A stretch of 60,212 nt of DNA from Spirogloea muscicola (taxonomy: Eukaryota): NCBI GenBank assembly GCA_009602725.1, contig WELB01000031.1, positions 697,512 to 757,723 on the forward strand, in the 5' to 3' direction. The position numbers and the translations under genes were made by a program. Positions 27,501 to 38,251 of the stretch are shown here, piece after piece (the first letter of the stretch is position 1; each line of letters opens with the position of its first letter). A model generated the notes under the pieces. That model did not search any database, was not told where the DNA came from, and saw only the letters and a program-made list of their open reading frames with translations.

Positions 27501-29198
27501 ACAATCGTGGTCAGTTGTTGTATTAGGGATAGCTTCAGCCTCAGCCCAGGACCAAGTTTCAGCAACAGGAACCAGGGAAAGGACAGTGGCTTCGTACTTG
27601 TGTTACTGATGCACTGCATGCTTTCTCATGCAGCGCCCTCACTTTGCCGATTGCTATCCATGTGCAGATTGCTATCCACATTCTATGCACTGACACAGAA
27701 GACCACTCAAATTTGCAGTCTGAGACACTAATGCAACATACCAATACTCTGAGCTGCTGGCAGCCTGCAATGTATTGACCAACATACGGCTATAAGCTTC
27801 CTGAGCTCACGACATACCTTGTACAGGGGCATTTTCTTGACCGCAGCTCCAGCTTTGCAAACGGACAATGAGACAGCAAGAATTGCATTTGCTCCCAGCT
27901 GTGAGGAGCAGGAAACATGCAGTCATCATTAGGGACATTGCATTGACAAAGAGGGAGGTCTGCTACCATTCTAGTCAGCCTGCCAACCCACAGGGGGGTA
28001 GTTTACTCGCAAAGCTTAGGACAGCCTCAACAACACCCACTGACCTGCTCTTTCATCAGTCAGCTGGTTAGCCCTTGCTTTCCATAGCCAAAAGAGTGTA
28101 GGCATTATCAAGGACAATGTCGGCACTCGCTGGGTATAACAAGCTTGCATTGGATACAGACAAGTGCATGTATTAAGAGCTAGCACCTTCTGCTTGCACC
28201 AGCCCCATTCGTTTTGTGTGCCGTCCAGCTCGTGAACCATGAAATTGTCAATAGCTGTCTGGTCTGTGGGATCCTGCATTTGGCAGCCATGTGCTAGCTC
28301 ATGAGAAGCAAACCCGTGCTTTGCCATCAGTATGAAAGGATGCTGGCAGACATTTGGAAATACACAATCCTCAAGGAGCCAAAGTAATAGAATAAGCAGG
28401 GGTGCTCACTGCAGATTCTGGATGACACTAGGTAAAGGCAGACAGATGAGGTGCAGGAGTTTGCTGACAGGCGTCTGTCAGACAAGCGCAAGCCAAAAAA
28501 GTGTTGCAGCTCTCTTTGAGATAGATAGGAAGGTGCACCTTGCCAACCAGAGCTGGGCCAATGATCTTGTTGACATTGTCCACTGCCTGCACAACCGACG
28601 GCACACGTCACTTTCACACTTCTGGATGTAAGCTCAGGGCAGGCAAAGCTGGTGCCGCGCAAGGAGCACGAGAGATTCAGCAATGAAGTAGCTGAACTGA
28701 AGGCAATGTTTGAGGGCAGTGCTCCACCTTCTGAACTCCCTTTCCCATGTACTCCTTGCCGCCGTCCCGCAGCTCAAGTGCCTCATACACGCCTGCAGGA
28801 GGTGTCCGTTGGCATGAGAGGCGGCACGGAGCGAGCCAGCGGACAGCTGGTAGCATTCGGCCCGGGGTGAGCTTCTGTCTCCTGGTCGCAACGAACCTGT
28901 AGAAGCTCCGCTGGGCACCGCTGCCCGATGGAACGATCCATCTGAGAGGTGAATATCAGCCTGAGTAGACGAGAAGGAACAATAGCTCACAATAAGTAGG
29001 CAAGGAGCACGCTCTGCCTCCAGCAACCCTGCTCTGGAGCTGACGTTGCCGACAGAGAGCTAGGGGTGGCAGCACGGCGGCCCCATGCCGCAGGTGCGTA
29101 CGACGCGGCAGCGCCTGGCGGCGCACCTCGAGTGTGGGGTTGCCGCGGCTGTCGAAGATCTGCCGCGCGATCACGTCCTTGATGGTCACGCCCGACAT
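24531..29198 (-). CDS. ENO2: Enolase (cytosolic, plant type), many exons
   Basis: [130 protein letters not shown]...EPY*. Confidence 0.97.
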
Positions 29199-29389
29199 GG
29201 CGGCGGGGCGGCGGGGCGGGGGACGGGGGTGTGGGGGGGGGGAACCGAATCTATCATGCGCCGGTTGGAGGTGCTGATTCCCGTCGCGCCGACGAAGGCC
29301 ACCTGGCGCTCGTCCCGTCTCGGCGCGGCTTCTGAGCGGCACTTCAATGGGTGTACCAAGTGGGCGTGATGCCCAGCAGACAAGGCGCC

Positions 29390-32300
29390 GAAGGAAGGTG
29401 CTCGCGCATTGAGAAGAGGGGCTGGCAAAGCCAACCCAAAAAGAATGGACAATGTCCAAAGCCAAAGAAAGAGGTGCTGAACAAGGACTACACTACAAAG
29501 TGCAAGACGGTGCAGAGGGAGATGCAGATGGCTGCTCAGTATCCACGTGTGAGCAACAGCAGATCAGAGTGACTCGGAGCAGGAGAAGCGGCACTCTGCC
29601 GAGACCCGGAAGCAGCAGCCATAGCACGGCCAGCCCGCGCGTGGACCGCATGAGCCAAAGAGCGCTGCAGCGAGACCGCCAGCCTCATCCGAAAGACCTG
29701 CGAGAGGGAGCCGGCAGCATTGAAGCCTGGCGAACCCTGCCGCCGCTCGATGGCCTCCCGGGCAAGCCGCTGGAGGAGATCCAACCAGCCACTGCCAAAG
29801 GCCCCGTGTACGTCAATGGCCAGTGCCGCGAAGGCATCGCCTGGAGGGTGGTCAGAGTACTTGCGCTCCTTACTCCGAGCCGCCAGAGCGACCGCGTGCC
29901 CGACGAGCGTCGCCGAATTCGCGGGGTTGGCCGAATCAACGCAATCGGCAGTTACCACATCAGCGATGATGCGCGGACCTCCTCCGGGCGGGATGGCAAC
30001 GAGGTCCGCGCGGCGGGTGTGAAGCTGTCCATCGGCGCCCCGCAGGATGGGCATTATCGTGGAGTTCTCCACTGCCACCTTGTAGCCGGCCTCCAGGAAC
30101 ACACCCTGCATGGCGTCTCGCAGGAGGTCGTGCGAACTTGTCCGCTCGCCCCCGTGTGCGCAGCGGAGCATGTGGGCCGCCAACGCCGCAGGTTCATCGT
30201 GGCGGGCACCGCAGTCGCACTGTTGGACCCCGATGAGGCAGGGAGGGAGGAGGCCGAGGAGCCGGTGGGCCGCCGTCTTGAATACCGCGTCTGGAATAGT
30301 CAGCGCCGCGTAGATGGGGAGTGCTGATAGCCACGCCGCCGCCCCAGGGGAGGAGGCGGAGAGGAGCCGGGCGCGCCCTCGGATGTCGTGCGGCGGAAGG
30401 AGCTCCACCACCTGGTCGTAGGCCGCTTTGTCCACAAGCGCAGTGTAGCGGGCCTGGGCCCGCAGGTCGGGGGTGTGCGCAAGGTGGATGGACGGGACGA
30501 CCTGCTTCGACATGTCGGGGTGGGCCGCCAGGAGCGCGTCGCGGGCAGCGCGGAGAGCAGCCTGGAAGGGCAACGAGCCGCTCTCCACTTCAGCTACCAC
30601 CCGCTCCATGGTGCGGATGCCGTGCGCTTGGAACCGCCGGCTGATGGGTGCGGCGACCTGGGCCCAGCTGCCCAGGTAGGCGGCCTCGCAGGCGCGGGCG
30701 ACTGGGCGGCAGCCCAGACCGCCGCGACTGACAGGCAGGCTAGCCTGGAGCAACGCGGCTGGTGTGGTCAGGAAGCCGGGGTGTTGCAGGAGAGTGGCAG
30801 CACTCGCCAGAACGCCGGAGTCAAAAGCCGCGTACGCCGCCTTCACCGCCGGGGAGGGAGGGAGGACGCGGGCCAGGTAGTGCGGACGGTGGGCAATGCA
30901 CTTGGTCAGCATGGCGGTCGCCAGCTGCATGTCTTGCAGCGTGTGGAGGCGGTCCGCCGGCCGGAGGTGCTCCTGCAGTTGTACCTGGAGCTGTTCCACC
31001 ACAAAGGCTGGGGAGCCTATGGGGGCGCCGAGGAGGATGAAGCCCCCAGCTGGTGTCTGACAGCACGAGGGCAGGCGCAGGAGGGCTGGCAGGCCCTGGG
31101 GAGACCAAGCGCTGCACTTGGCTGCGCGGATGCCCAAGCCGATCGCGCCCAGCTGCACTTTGAAGGTGTCAAAGGCTGCCACGACGTCCTCTGGCGGCCC
31201 CACCAGCGTTGTGTCGTCAGCATACGTGGGGGCGTGGACGCCCGGGTGAGCCGCGACCGTGGTCAGCAGCGCACGGTTGTGAGCCAGTGCGTAGTAGAGC
31301 CCAGCCAGCGGATCTCCTTGGCGCGCGCCCGTGGAGGGATGGAGGACTTCCACCACCCCATGCCCTGTCCGCCACAGCAGGTCGCTTGGCTGACCATATC
31401 CCAGCCTGAAGAAGGGGAGGAGGCTGGGAAGGCCGCCCTCAGCTCCTCTGCGATGACATCCCGGTCTGCGCTGTTAAACGCATTCTGGACATCTACTGCC
31501 AAGGCCATCCACCCGGGGTTCAGGTCCAAGGCGGCGCGTACGCCGTGCACGACCACCTCACCGCCGCTCCGCAGCCCCGCGCCGAACTGGTGGGGCGCAA
31601 GGTGTGCCTGGGCCAGCCCCGCGTGCTGTTGCCATAGTGTGCGCCCCACCAGGCGGTAGAGCACTTCGCCGACGGCAATGGGCCTGACCCCCCCATTGGC
31701 CTTGCTGAGGGCCAGCAGCGTGCTGGTGCAGATGACGCCGCGGATGCTGGCCGGGACCTGGTCGCAAGCAAGGAGCTGGCACACCTGGTGAAGCGCCTGA
31801 AAGTCAATTGATTCTCCCTCCAGGAAGAGTTCGCGGAGATGCTCGGTGAGCATGTGTGACGGACCTCCAGCCGGCTGCGCGGCGGCTGCTCTGCAAAGCC
31901 TGCCGAAGAGCGTCGGCGTCGAGGGCCACCTCCTCCGGCGGGGCGAAGGTGGCCAGCCACGGAGGCAGGGGGGAGCGGGCCTCAGGGTGCAGGGACTCCA
32001 GGGCCGCCCGTGTGGCTGCGTTGGTTGGCGCCAGCACCGAGTCGTCCAGGGCCTGGACCGCCCTGGACAACTCGCCCGCATGACCGAAGCGCAATGCCCG
32101 GCGGACGTTGGCGGCCCTGTCGGGCGATGGCCGCTCGTCACCTCGGTTTGCTGCCAAGGCTGCCACGGCTGCGTTGTGGCGCTCGAGGAGCTCCTCCCAA
32201 TGGCCGCTCTCAAACAGCTGGACGCACTCCAGGAGGGGCTGCCGGCCCTGCCAGCGGCCGTCGTGGGGGACGCGCCCGAGCAGCAGCCGGGGGAAGAGGA

Positions 32301-33305
32301 GGAAGAGCTTCCAGGCCGCCTCGTCCCGATGGTCTCGGACAATCCGCTGCATCGACGGGCGGAGAGCGCGACGGATGTGCGGGCACACCCAGCGGGGGAC
32401 ATGGCGCAGAAGCGGGAGGGCCGCCTGGCGGTGGACGGCAGCCAGGTCGAGGCCGGCCAGCCACTGCCAGTGCTGAGGCGTGGGAGGGGAAGGCGCGGGA
32501 GGGACTGGCCTGCCTGGTCCGCCCCGACGGCCACCCGCAGTCGCGGCGCTGCGCGACTGCTCCGCCCGATTGTTGCGGCTCTCACAGGCGCGCGCGTGGT
32601 TGGCCGGGCCTGACCGCGTGGTGAAGGTCGTCTGGCAGAACTGGCACAGCAGGTAGTCGGGCGAGTGAGGTGGGGGCGAGGGTGGTGGAGCTGGTGCGGT
32701 CGATGAAGGCGGAGGCTGCGGTGACGAGGGCGGCGTCGAGGGCGCCGACCGCGAGGGGCAGGGTGGCTCGAGAGGCGGGATGGTGGATGGCTGGGAAGGC
32801 GGCAGCTCAGGCGGGGGAAGCGGTGACGAGGTCGAGGCGGGTGGCTGGCTCAGCGAGGGTGGACTTTGGGGGGGCGGTGACGGCGACGGTGATGACAACG
32901 TCGGCGGCAGCGACGGCGGTGGGGACGGCGGCTGGGCGGGAGGTGATACTTGCTCCTCCGTGGCCTGCTCCTGGGGTGAGGCTGCCAGGACCGTGGCGAT
33001 GGGGTTGCAAGCTGCGGCGGCCACATCGGGCATCGCGCCGGCGGAGCAGGGATACCCCTTGCAATGCTTCCGGTGCATGGTGACACCGCGAGGAGTGGCA
33101 AAGTCCCGCGGGCAGGTGGGGCACTGCGCGCGCGTGGGCGCCTCAGGCGGGGATGACGGCGGCGGAAGAAGGGGGGGCTGCGGCGAAGGTGGCGTGGTGA
33201 CGGAATCCAGGGCGGAGAGGAGGAGGAGACGCTGCGCCCAAGCGAACTTGGCCGGGGGGTACTCGGGGCTCCGGCTCCGGCGACGGCGCCCAGAACGCGC
33301 GGGTG
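29390..33305 (-). mobile_element. Near-full-length CRE-like non-LTR retrotransposon (2 C2HC zinc fingers, Pro-rich linker, RT, CCHC knuckle, restriction-like endonuclease); 5' end in gap
   Basis: ZF CPTC-x12-H-x3-C (33061-33123) and CQFC-x12-H-x3-C (32584-32646). RT motifs VRPIAVGEVLYRL, QFGAG, VDVQNAFNS, GARQGDPLAG, YADD (31213-31224) and LGAPIG. CDC-x12-H-x3-C knuckle. RLE motifs RRADLV..IADV..KERKY..LAIDVHG. Stop at 29536, about 140-nt 3' UTR ending in cttccttc. Confidence 0.92.
29536..33305 (-). pseudogene. Retroelement polyprotein ORF broken by two frameshifts
   Basis: Homology switches frame near 31870 (..QSSRRAA to AGGPSHMLTEHL) and near 31424 (AFPA to LLPFFRLGYGQPSDLL; restoring one C rejoins the frames). 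Could be decay or assembly error. Confidence 0.75.
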
Positions 33306-33459
33306 NNNNNNNNNNNNNNNNNNNNNNNNNNNNNNNNNNNNNNNNNNNNNNNNNNNNNNNNNNNNNNNNNNNNNNNNNNNNNNNNNNNNNNNNNNNNNNN
33401 NNNNNNNNNNNNNNNNNNNNNNNNNNNNNNNNNNNNNNNNNNNNNNNNNNNNNNNNNNN

Positions 33460-33735
33460 AGGGGAGGGAGGGGAGGAAGAGCAACCCCGCTGCGCAAGCC
33501 AGAGGCTGCTGCAAGGGCGCGACCAGCGCGGCGGTGCAAAGCAAGCGCTTGCTGGGACATAGACAGTCGCATACGGTAGCAGGACACCAGACCCAAAGGC
33601 ACCGAGCCACCGGGAAGGGCAGCACCCTGCTCCCGGCGCCGCTGGTCAGCTTGAGAGAGGCCAGCAGCGAAAGTAACGAGGACCACCGACCCCCGTAACA
33701 CCCATGGATGTCCATGGCCAGGGGGTAAAAGGGTT
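33460..33735 (-). mobile_element. Diverged, frameshifted CRE-like C-terminal (RLE) fragment
   Basis: PFYPLAMDIHGCYGGRWSSLL and YRMRLSMSQQALALHRRAGRALAAASG correspond to AFAALAIDVHGAFGSGWLDLL and FRMRLAVSLQRSLAHAVHARAGRAMAAASG of the main ORF. Confidence 0.85.
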
Positions 33736-33782
33736 TAGGAGGGGTGGCGGCGGCAGCGGCGGCGCCCTCGACCTCTGGGAGA

Positions 33783-33906
33783 AGAACGTGCTCGCCCATT
33801 GAGAAGAGGGGCTGGCAAAGCCAACCCAAAAAGAATGGACAATGTTCAAAGCCAAAGAAAGAGGTGCTGAACAAGGACTACACTACAAAGTGCAAGATGG
33901 TGCAGA
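33783..33906 (-). mobile_element. 5'-truncated CRE-like 3' UTR copy (subfamily A) with 6-bp TSD/microhomology
   Basis: Near-identical to 29394-29520. GGGAGA at 33777-33782 and 33907-33912. Confidence 0.88.
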
Positions 33907-34227
33907 GGGAGAGGCCAGCCCGAGCACTAGGCCGACCAAGCGGCTACCACGGCCTCCACTTGGCCCGCCGCTCCGCCCGCCGGCACCACTGCCACCCCCG
34001 GCCCCCGCCGCGCAGCCAGTCCTTGCCCGCGCGCGCGCCGCCGCACGACGCCTGGTGGTTGCCCTCGGCCGCGGCGTGGTCGCCCGCGTGGCAGTCTCCG
34101 GGGCCGCGGGCTAGGAGGCGCGGCCGCTGCCAGAGCTCCGCGTCCCTGATATCGAGTCGATGCCACTCCTTGGGCGGGCCCCGACGACCGTTCCGCTGCT
34201 GCGGGGCCGCGCGTGCCCAGGTGCACC

Positions 34228-37042
34228 ATGGACAGCCTTCGGCGCGACGTCTGGCGGGGAGCTATCCCGCTGCGCGTCGAGCTCGCTCACAACGAGGTCA
34301 CGACGCTCACGGCACCGCCACCACTCTTTGTAAGGGGCTCCTTAGCATCCACGCACAGAACCTGTCAGGATTGGACCTGTGTGTGCCAAGCGCAGATTTG
34401 ACCAGTCATCATCGTCAACAGCATGTGCACTTTCGGTCATGGAAAGTAGCAGCAGCACAGCTTCAGAGGCTGTACAGGGCTGCTTATACTTGTCTGCTGA
34501 TCAAGCCTTCTTGGCAGCTCTCCAGCTCATGGCGCCTCGCATCGGATACCTTCCTCTCCTGGCACAGTCCCTGAGGCAGCACTTTCAGGTGGCACTTCCG
34601 CCTGGGCAAGATACAGTGTGGCTTGATTACCAGGGTCTACCCTTGAAGTGGTAAGCTGCTCCTCTTTGACTTGCTCATTGAGCAGCTTTTGTTGATTGAG
34701 GACACAGAACTGGCTGCTGTGCATCATGAGGCTTAGCTCTGTGGAAGTGAATGTAGCTGTTCCTCACTGCTGACTCGGTCATTGTTCCACCGCAAAATTG
34801 CAGGCAGATCCCAACAGGTGTCCTATATGACCTGCTGGTCTTGGTTTCAAGTGGGCCTTGGCCACTCACTGTGAGTCTGCATCTCCTTGACCTTGTACTT
34901 ACGTACTCCGTGATCTCGTTAGTAAGCCATGCCGCGCGCACGTATGCCTGCAGATGCTGGATGTTTTCAGGCTAGAGTTGGAATACAAGCCTATACCTTG
35001 ATTCTGAATATCACAAATGGTTTGGTGCAACCTCATTCAAAGTTCTAAGAGGTGTTATACTTTGGATGTTTAGCTCAAATGTCCCTACATTGTCTGCTGA
35101 TCAGGGCTGACCTTCTCTCCGAGTATGCAGGTACATTTTCGTTCATATCCATCAAGCGTACTGCTGGATTGGTCTGATGAGGACAATATCAAGTGGAGTT
35201 ATATTAATGCTCTGAAAGAGGTAGTGTTGTGTATGAGTGAGACGCTCTGCAACTATTAGTCATTCCTGTCATTGAATCCATTCACTTGGGATTACGAGGC
35301 AGATTATGTATATCTTGAGCTTGTACAGGTGGCATGTCCTTGGTAGCTTCTGACTACCTCCTCGATGCTTTGGATTCAGGCATGGTTTATCATGCATGGA
35401 AACGCAAGACCAGTCATGGGGCTCTCTGAAGCTGACCACAGAGAGCTGTGGCGCTCCGTTGTCCAAGGTCATCTCAACAGTGTACCATTTGTGTTTGCAT
35501 GTTATTGTTGCCATTGTATTTGTGCCTGCTTGACTCCATCTACTTTCACTCTTGGCCGTCTGGGAGGTGCTGCTGGCCAGCATTATGAACGTACATGCAC
35601 CAGCAGCAGGACACATAAAAGTAGGACAATTTGAGGGCGCAGTGCTCCTTACATTGTCTCCATTCTCCTTGTTGGCCACACAACAGCGGAGGATCGGCAG
35701 TACCATAGCATCCTCCATAAGTTGAGAGGAGGAGGTCCTCGTCACAGCAGCAATGATATAGAGATAACAGGTACGTCTGCTGCCTATAGGCAACTCAAAA
35801 ATCTCTGAGATCTGTGGTGTTCTTAAGTATGTCAGCAGTATGGTCCCCGTGTTGCAAAGCAGCTATGTACATCTTTACTTACATGCAGATTTTAACATCG
35901 GTATCCAGCTGACTGATGTTGTCACACTACCTCCTGCAGACAAGGGGACAAGTAGTACTGGCAAAGCAGCAAGAGTGCCCATACGCTTGTATGTGAGGTC
36001 TGTTGGAGGGAGCATTGCCACTGAGGATAAATCTTCAATGATTGAGCAGTGGGATGACGTCTACTATTTTTCGCGCTTTGTTACTGTAAATGCAGATTGT
36101 GGTAAGATCCTGAATCTCATGAGGAGTGTGCCAATTGAAGATAATGTACTGTTACTAAATGAAGAGTTTGCGACTTACTATCTCAGTTTGTCATACCCAA
36201 GGTCACTCCTATTTCACAACTACAGTTGGTCATCATCGACGGATCAATCTGGATGCTCTAATTGCACTGACAAGGTCCTTCTGTTCTCCTCAGAACCCAC
36301 GCTGCAAGAAGCAGTGCTGTTACTCCTTCCCCATTTCTTTCCACGTCATGCTTCAGGTCTCCAGAAATTGCAGGCAGCAAAGGGTATGACGTCCTGCACT
36401 CACCCAGCGCATGAGGGGAGGACAAGTGACGCTTTTGCTGCAGCTTCACCTGGCGATGGTGTTGCTCCAGCTCAAACGTCCATGGAGACATCAGATAAGG
36501 AAGGTTTGGGGTTCCCACAACTGCAAGAGTTTCCATCCTCTTCTGTCATGCCAAGAGAAAGACCAAGCGAGGAAGACAAGCCAGCCACTCAGGAGGCAAG
36601 AGGGTCAAGTGCAGAGTCGGCTCCTATGGATATGATTGAAGGGGGGCCTTCAAGCACTGGCAGCCAGCAGATCATGCAGGCTGAGCCTGATTATGACAGG
36701 GAGAGGGCAGATGATGTCAGCTCCCATGCCGCGACGGTGCCAGCAAGCCCTGCAATCGAGGAAGAGGCAGCCCCTTCAGAAGCTGCTGATTCCTTGCGAG
36801 GGAGTCCGGAGGATGTCCAAGTTGCTGACATGTCAGGGACTCACTCAGATGCTACAGAATCTCATGTGCTTATGCCTAACTCATCACCAAGCTTGCCACG
36901 TTTTGAGGTCAGGGTTCAGGGCTTGGACGTGCCACTGCAGGTGCCAGTGAGTTGGCTGGCAAGTAACTTCAGCTCAGCCGATTGTTTCCTCCACATGTGC
37001 ATCTTCTTGTCGGCTGAAATTGTCATTCCTGAGGTGAGATAG
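34228..37042 (+). CDS. ATG5: Autophagy protein ATG5
   Basis: MDSLRRDVWRGAIPL, APRIGYLPLL, WLDYQGLPLKW/QIPTGVLYDLL..PWPLT/VHFRSYP, YINALKE/AWFIMHGNARPVM, RVPIRLYVR, VQGLDVPLQVPVSWLASNFSSADCFLHMCI. Confidence 0.95.
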
Positions 37043-37959
37043 CAAGTATGCTGGGTCATCTGGTGTACTGTTGCCATGGATTGGACCCTGATATGTAGCT
37101 ATGTGTGTCGCCCCACTGTGGTGCTTGAAGCCGTGGAAGTCACTCTTAGGTCAAGCTTGATTGTCCTTGAAACTTTATCAATATGCACCTGGAGAAAGTG
37201 GCACAGAATTATGTACATTGTGGATGCCCTGATGTTCTGTAGGCCTTTCCTCTAGCTTAAGATGATCCAGCAGGAATTTGAGTACATGAACACCTCCAGG
37301 GACATGCACGTTGCTCTTGTAGCGGCAGATGCCAACATGAGGAAACGCTATGCTAACCCATCGAAGGCATAAAAGGCAGCTCTTCCTTGTGAGAAGTAGG
37401 GCTAACCTGAGACGCATAGTAGAGCTGCTCTCAACCCCAAAGCAAGTGGAATAAGAAGGTGAATGTCAGTGACACTCCTTGGTAAGGTCACATCTAAGTA
37501 GTACAACTATCACTGCGACCTGGCAGGGACGGCAAAATACAGAGGCACTCGCATGCATTGTAGTGCAAATGTGGTGCTGGTTTTGTTTCCTAAAGCGAGG
37601 ATGGATAGTGGTGTCAATTCCTGGCACAGACGATAAGTGCTGAAAGTGGAAGGCGCATTTCCCCTCCTCTCATGAAACCCCGTGAACGCAACTTTGGTGT
37701 CAGACATTTCTGAGCTCTGATTTGTAAGCGCACGGTTCCAGCCAGCTAGTCGTGCCTTGAGTTTTGAAGGGGAGATGTGTGTACTAAGTGATGGAGGGCC
37801 TGTGTTTTGACTAGCACTCGCCGCAAGGAGCTGGACACCAGAAACTCCGCAGCATCACTCGCGAGGCCTGGTGACCAGCCGCTGTGGATTACATTCCAGC
37901 CAGGCGTGCAAAGAAGAAGGCTCTTCCAGCGTCCCTCTACTTTCTTCTTACAGTCGAGG

Positions 37960-38165
37960 GCGAGGCCAGCCATAATATTGATGAACAGAGTTTGAAGGGG
38001 CCAGACAAGCGCTAAAAGCACAAAATGACTGAAGTGGCCACTGGGTGCTCCGTGCTCAGTATCGCCAGTGAGCAGCCGCAGGTGCGAGAAACTGGTCTCC
38101 GGGTAGCAGGTCCGTGTCCGGAGCCAGAGGCTGCAACCAGTGCGCGACCGGCACACAGATGCGTG
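37960..38165 (-). mobile_element. Old, decayed CRE-like 3' fragment (B-like)
   Basis: HLCAGRALVAASGSG and ETSFSHLRLLT resemble the family C-terminus, followed by ttagcgcttgtctggccccttcaaactctgttcat, which matches the B-type UTR. Confidence 0.75.
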
Positions 38166-38251
38166 AGAAGAAGACGTGAGAAGAGACACACGTTGTGGGG
38201 CCGACGCTCTGATCGGTCGTGCCGCGGGTGCCAGAGCGACGGAGCCGGAGT

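Noticed and set aside
27645..27682. Short direct duplications (gattgctatcca x2; also gtacagtcctt x2 at about 24947)
   Set aside because: Ordinary intronic slippage duplications with no element structure.
29390..29460. Self-cleaving ribozyme or Helitron end at the 3' terminus
   Set aside because: No hammerhead CUGANGA/GAAA core, no HDV double-pseudoknot pairing that I could build, and no CTRR end. TSDs and the RT indicate TPRT.
30388..31659. 423-aa + strand ORF (and 29452-30327, 31846-32613)
   Set aside because: Antisense shadows of the GC-rich RT ORF with no recognisable motifs.
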